Shown piece after piece: positions 36,968 to 37,123 of a DNA stretch of 37,123 nucleotides. The stretch comes from an uncultured Lachnospiraceae bacterium (GTDB lineage: Bacteria; Bacillota; Clostridia; Lachnospirales; Anaerotignaceae). The notes beneath the pieces were generated by a model. It searched no databases and was not told the origin of the DNA. It saw only the letters and a program-made list of their open reading frames with translations. Each line of letters begins with the position of its first letter. Position 1 is the first letter of the stretch. The position numbers and the translations under genes are program-made. The stretch is taken from positions 1-37,123 of the forward strand of contig CALWSX010000164.1 of the NCBI GenBank assembly GCA_944384285.1, in the 5' to 3' direction.

Positions 36968-37123
36968 ATGATAGTTACGGCCCTGGAAGAACAAAAAAAT
37001 GATAAAAGTAAAGTTTCTGTATTTGTTGACGGAAAGTACTCCTTTTCGCTTTTAAAAACTGATGCAGAGTTTTTTAAGCTTAAAGAAGGATTTGAAATAA
37101 AAAAAGAAACATTTGATTATATT
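36968..37123 (+). CDS. recX: Recombination regulator RecX (5' fragment, continues beyond the window)
   Basis: The first 52 codons read IVTALEEQKNDKSKVSVFVDGKYSFSLLKTDAEFFKLKEGFEI. This fits the RecX N-terminal pattern I..IE.QK.NK.RV.VY.DG.Y.F.L.....LK.G..I. Confidence 0.7.
   Translation, partial: MIVTALEEQKNDKSKVSVFVDGKYSFSLLKTDAEFFKLKEGFEIKKETFDYI

Noticed and set aside
1-37123. I scanned for CRISPR arrays, tRNA/rRNA genes, transposases, integrases, phage genes, restriction-modification or other defence modules, and long direct or inverted repeats marking an island.
   Set aside because: I found none. The only recurring exact repeat is the 16-bp parS palindrome. All large ORFs except one membrane protein belong to recognisable housekeeping, sporulation or transporter families.

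Overview
This window is the chromosomal replication-origin neighbourhood of a very AT-rich (roughly 30% GC by eye), endospore-forming Firmicute that looks Clostridia-like. Gene content, left to right: (1) gyrB-gyrA (+). (2) A CapA-family lipoprotein, GntR/FadR and MarR regulators and a MATE exporter (+). (3) recF-dnaN-dnaA (-) with a bipartite oriC: a DnaA-box array upstream of dnaA, plus a DnaA-box / GC-cluster / DnaA-trio / AT-rich unwinding module in the dnaA-dnaN spacer. (4) A nine-gene V/A-type ATPase operon (+). (5) An orphan membrane protein, then a second DnaA-box cluster. (6) A second MATE exporter, DUF4446-parB-parA, a DagK-family lipid kinase and argS (-), with three identical perfect parS sites. 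(7) A spoVAA-AB-AC-AD-AE operon (-) in which spoVAD is split by a 1-nt frameshift, preceded by a 51-codon membrane ORF absent from the ORF track. (8) A DUF1292 protein with a Cys/His-rich N-terminus, a DEAD-box helicase and a lipoprotein (-). (9) The 5' end of recX (+). I saw no transposase, integrase, CRISPR array, tRNA/rRNA gene or recognisable defence or toxin module, and I did not find a convincing novel multi-gene system. The observations most worth a second look are: the non-canonical synteny and orientation around oriC, the extra DnaA-box cluster, the parS trio on the argS leader, the broken spoVAD, the coupled micro-ORF ahead of spoVAA, and long poly(A) tracts inside gyrA and gyrB (the gyrB tract overwrites the conserved PL(R/K)GK glycine).
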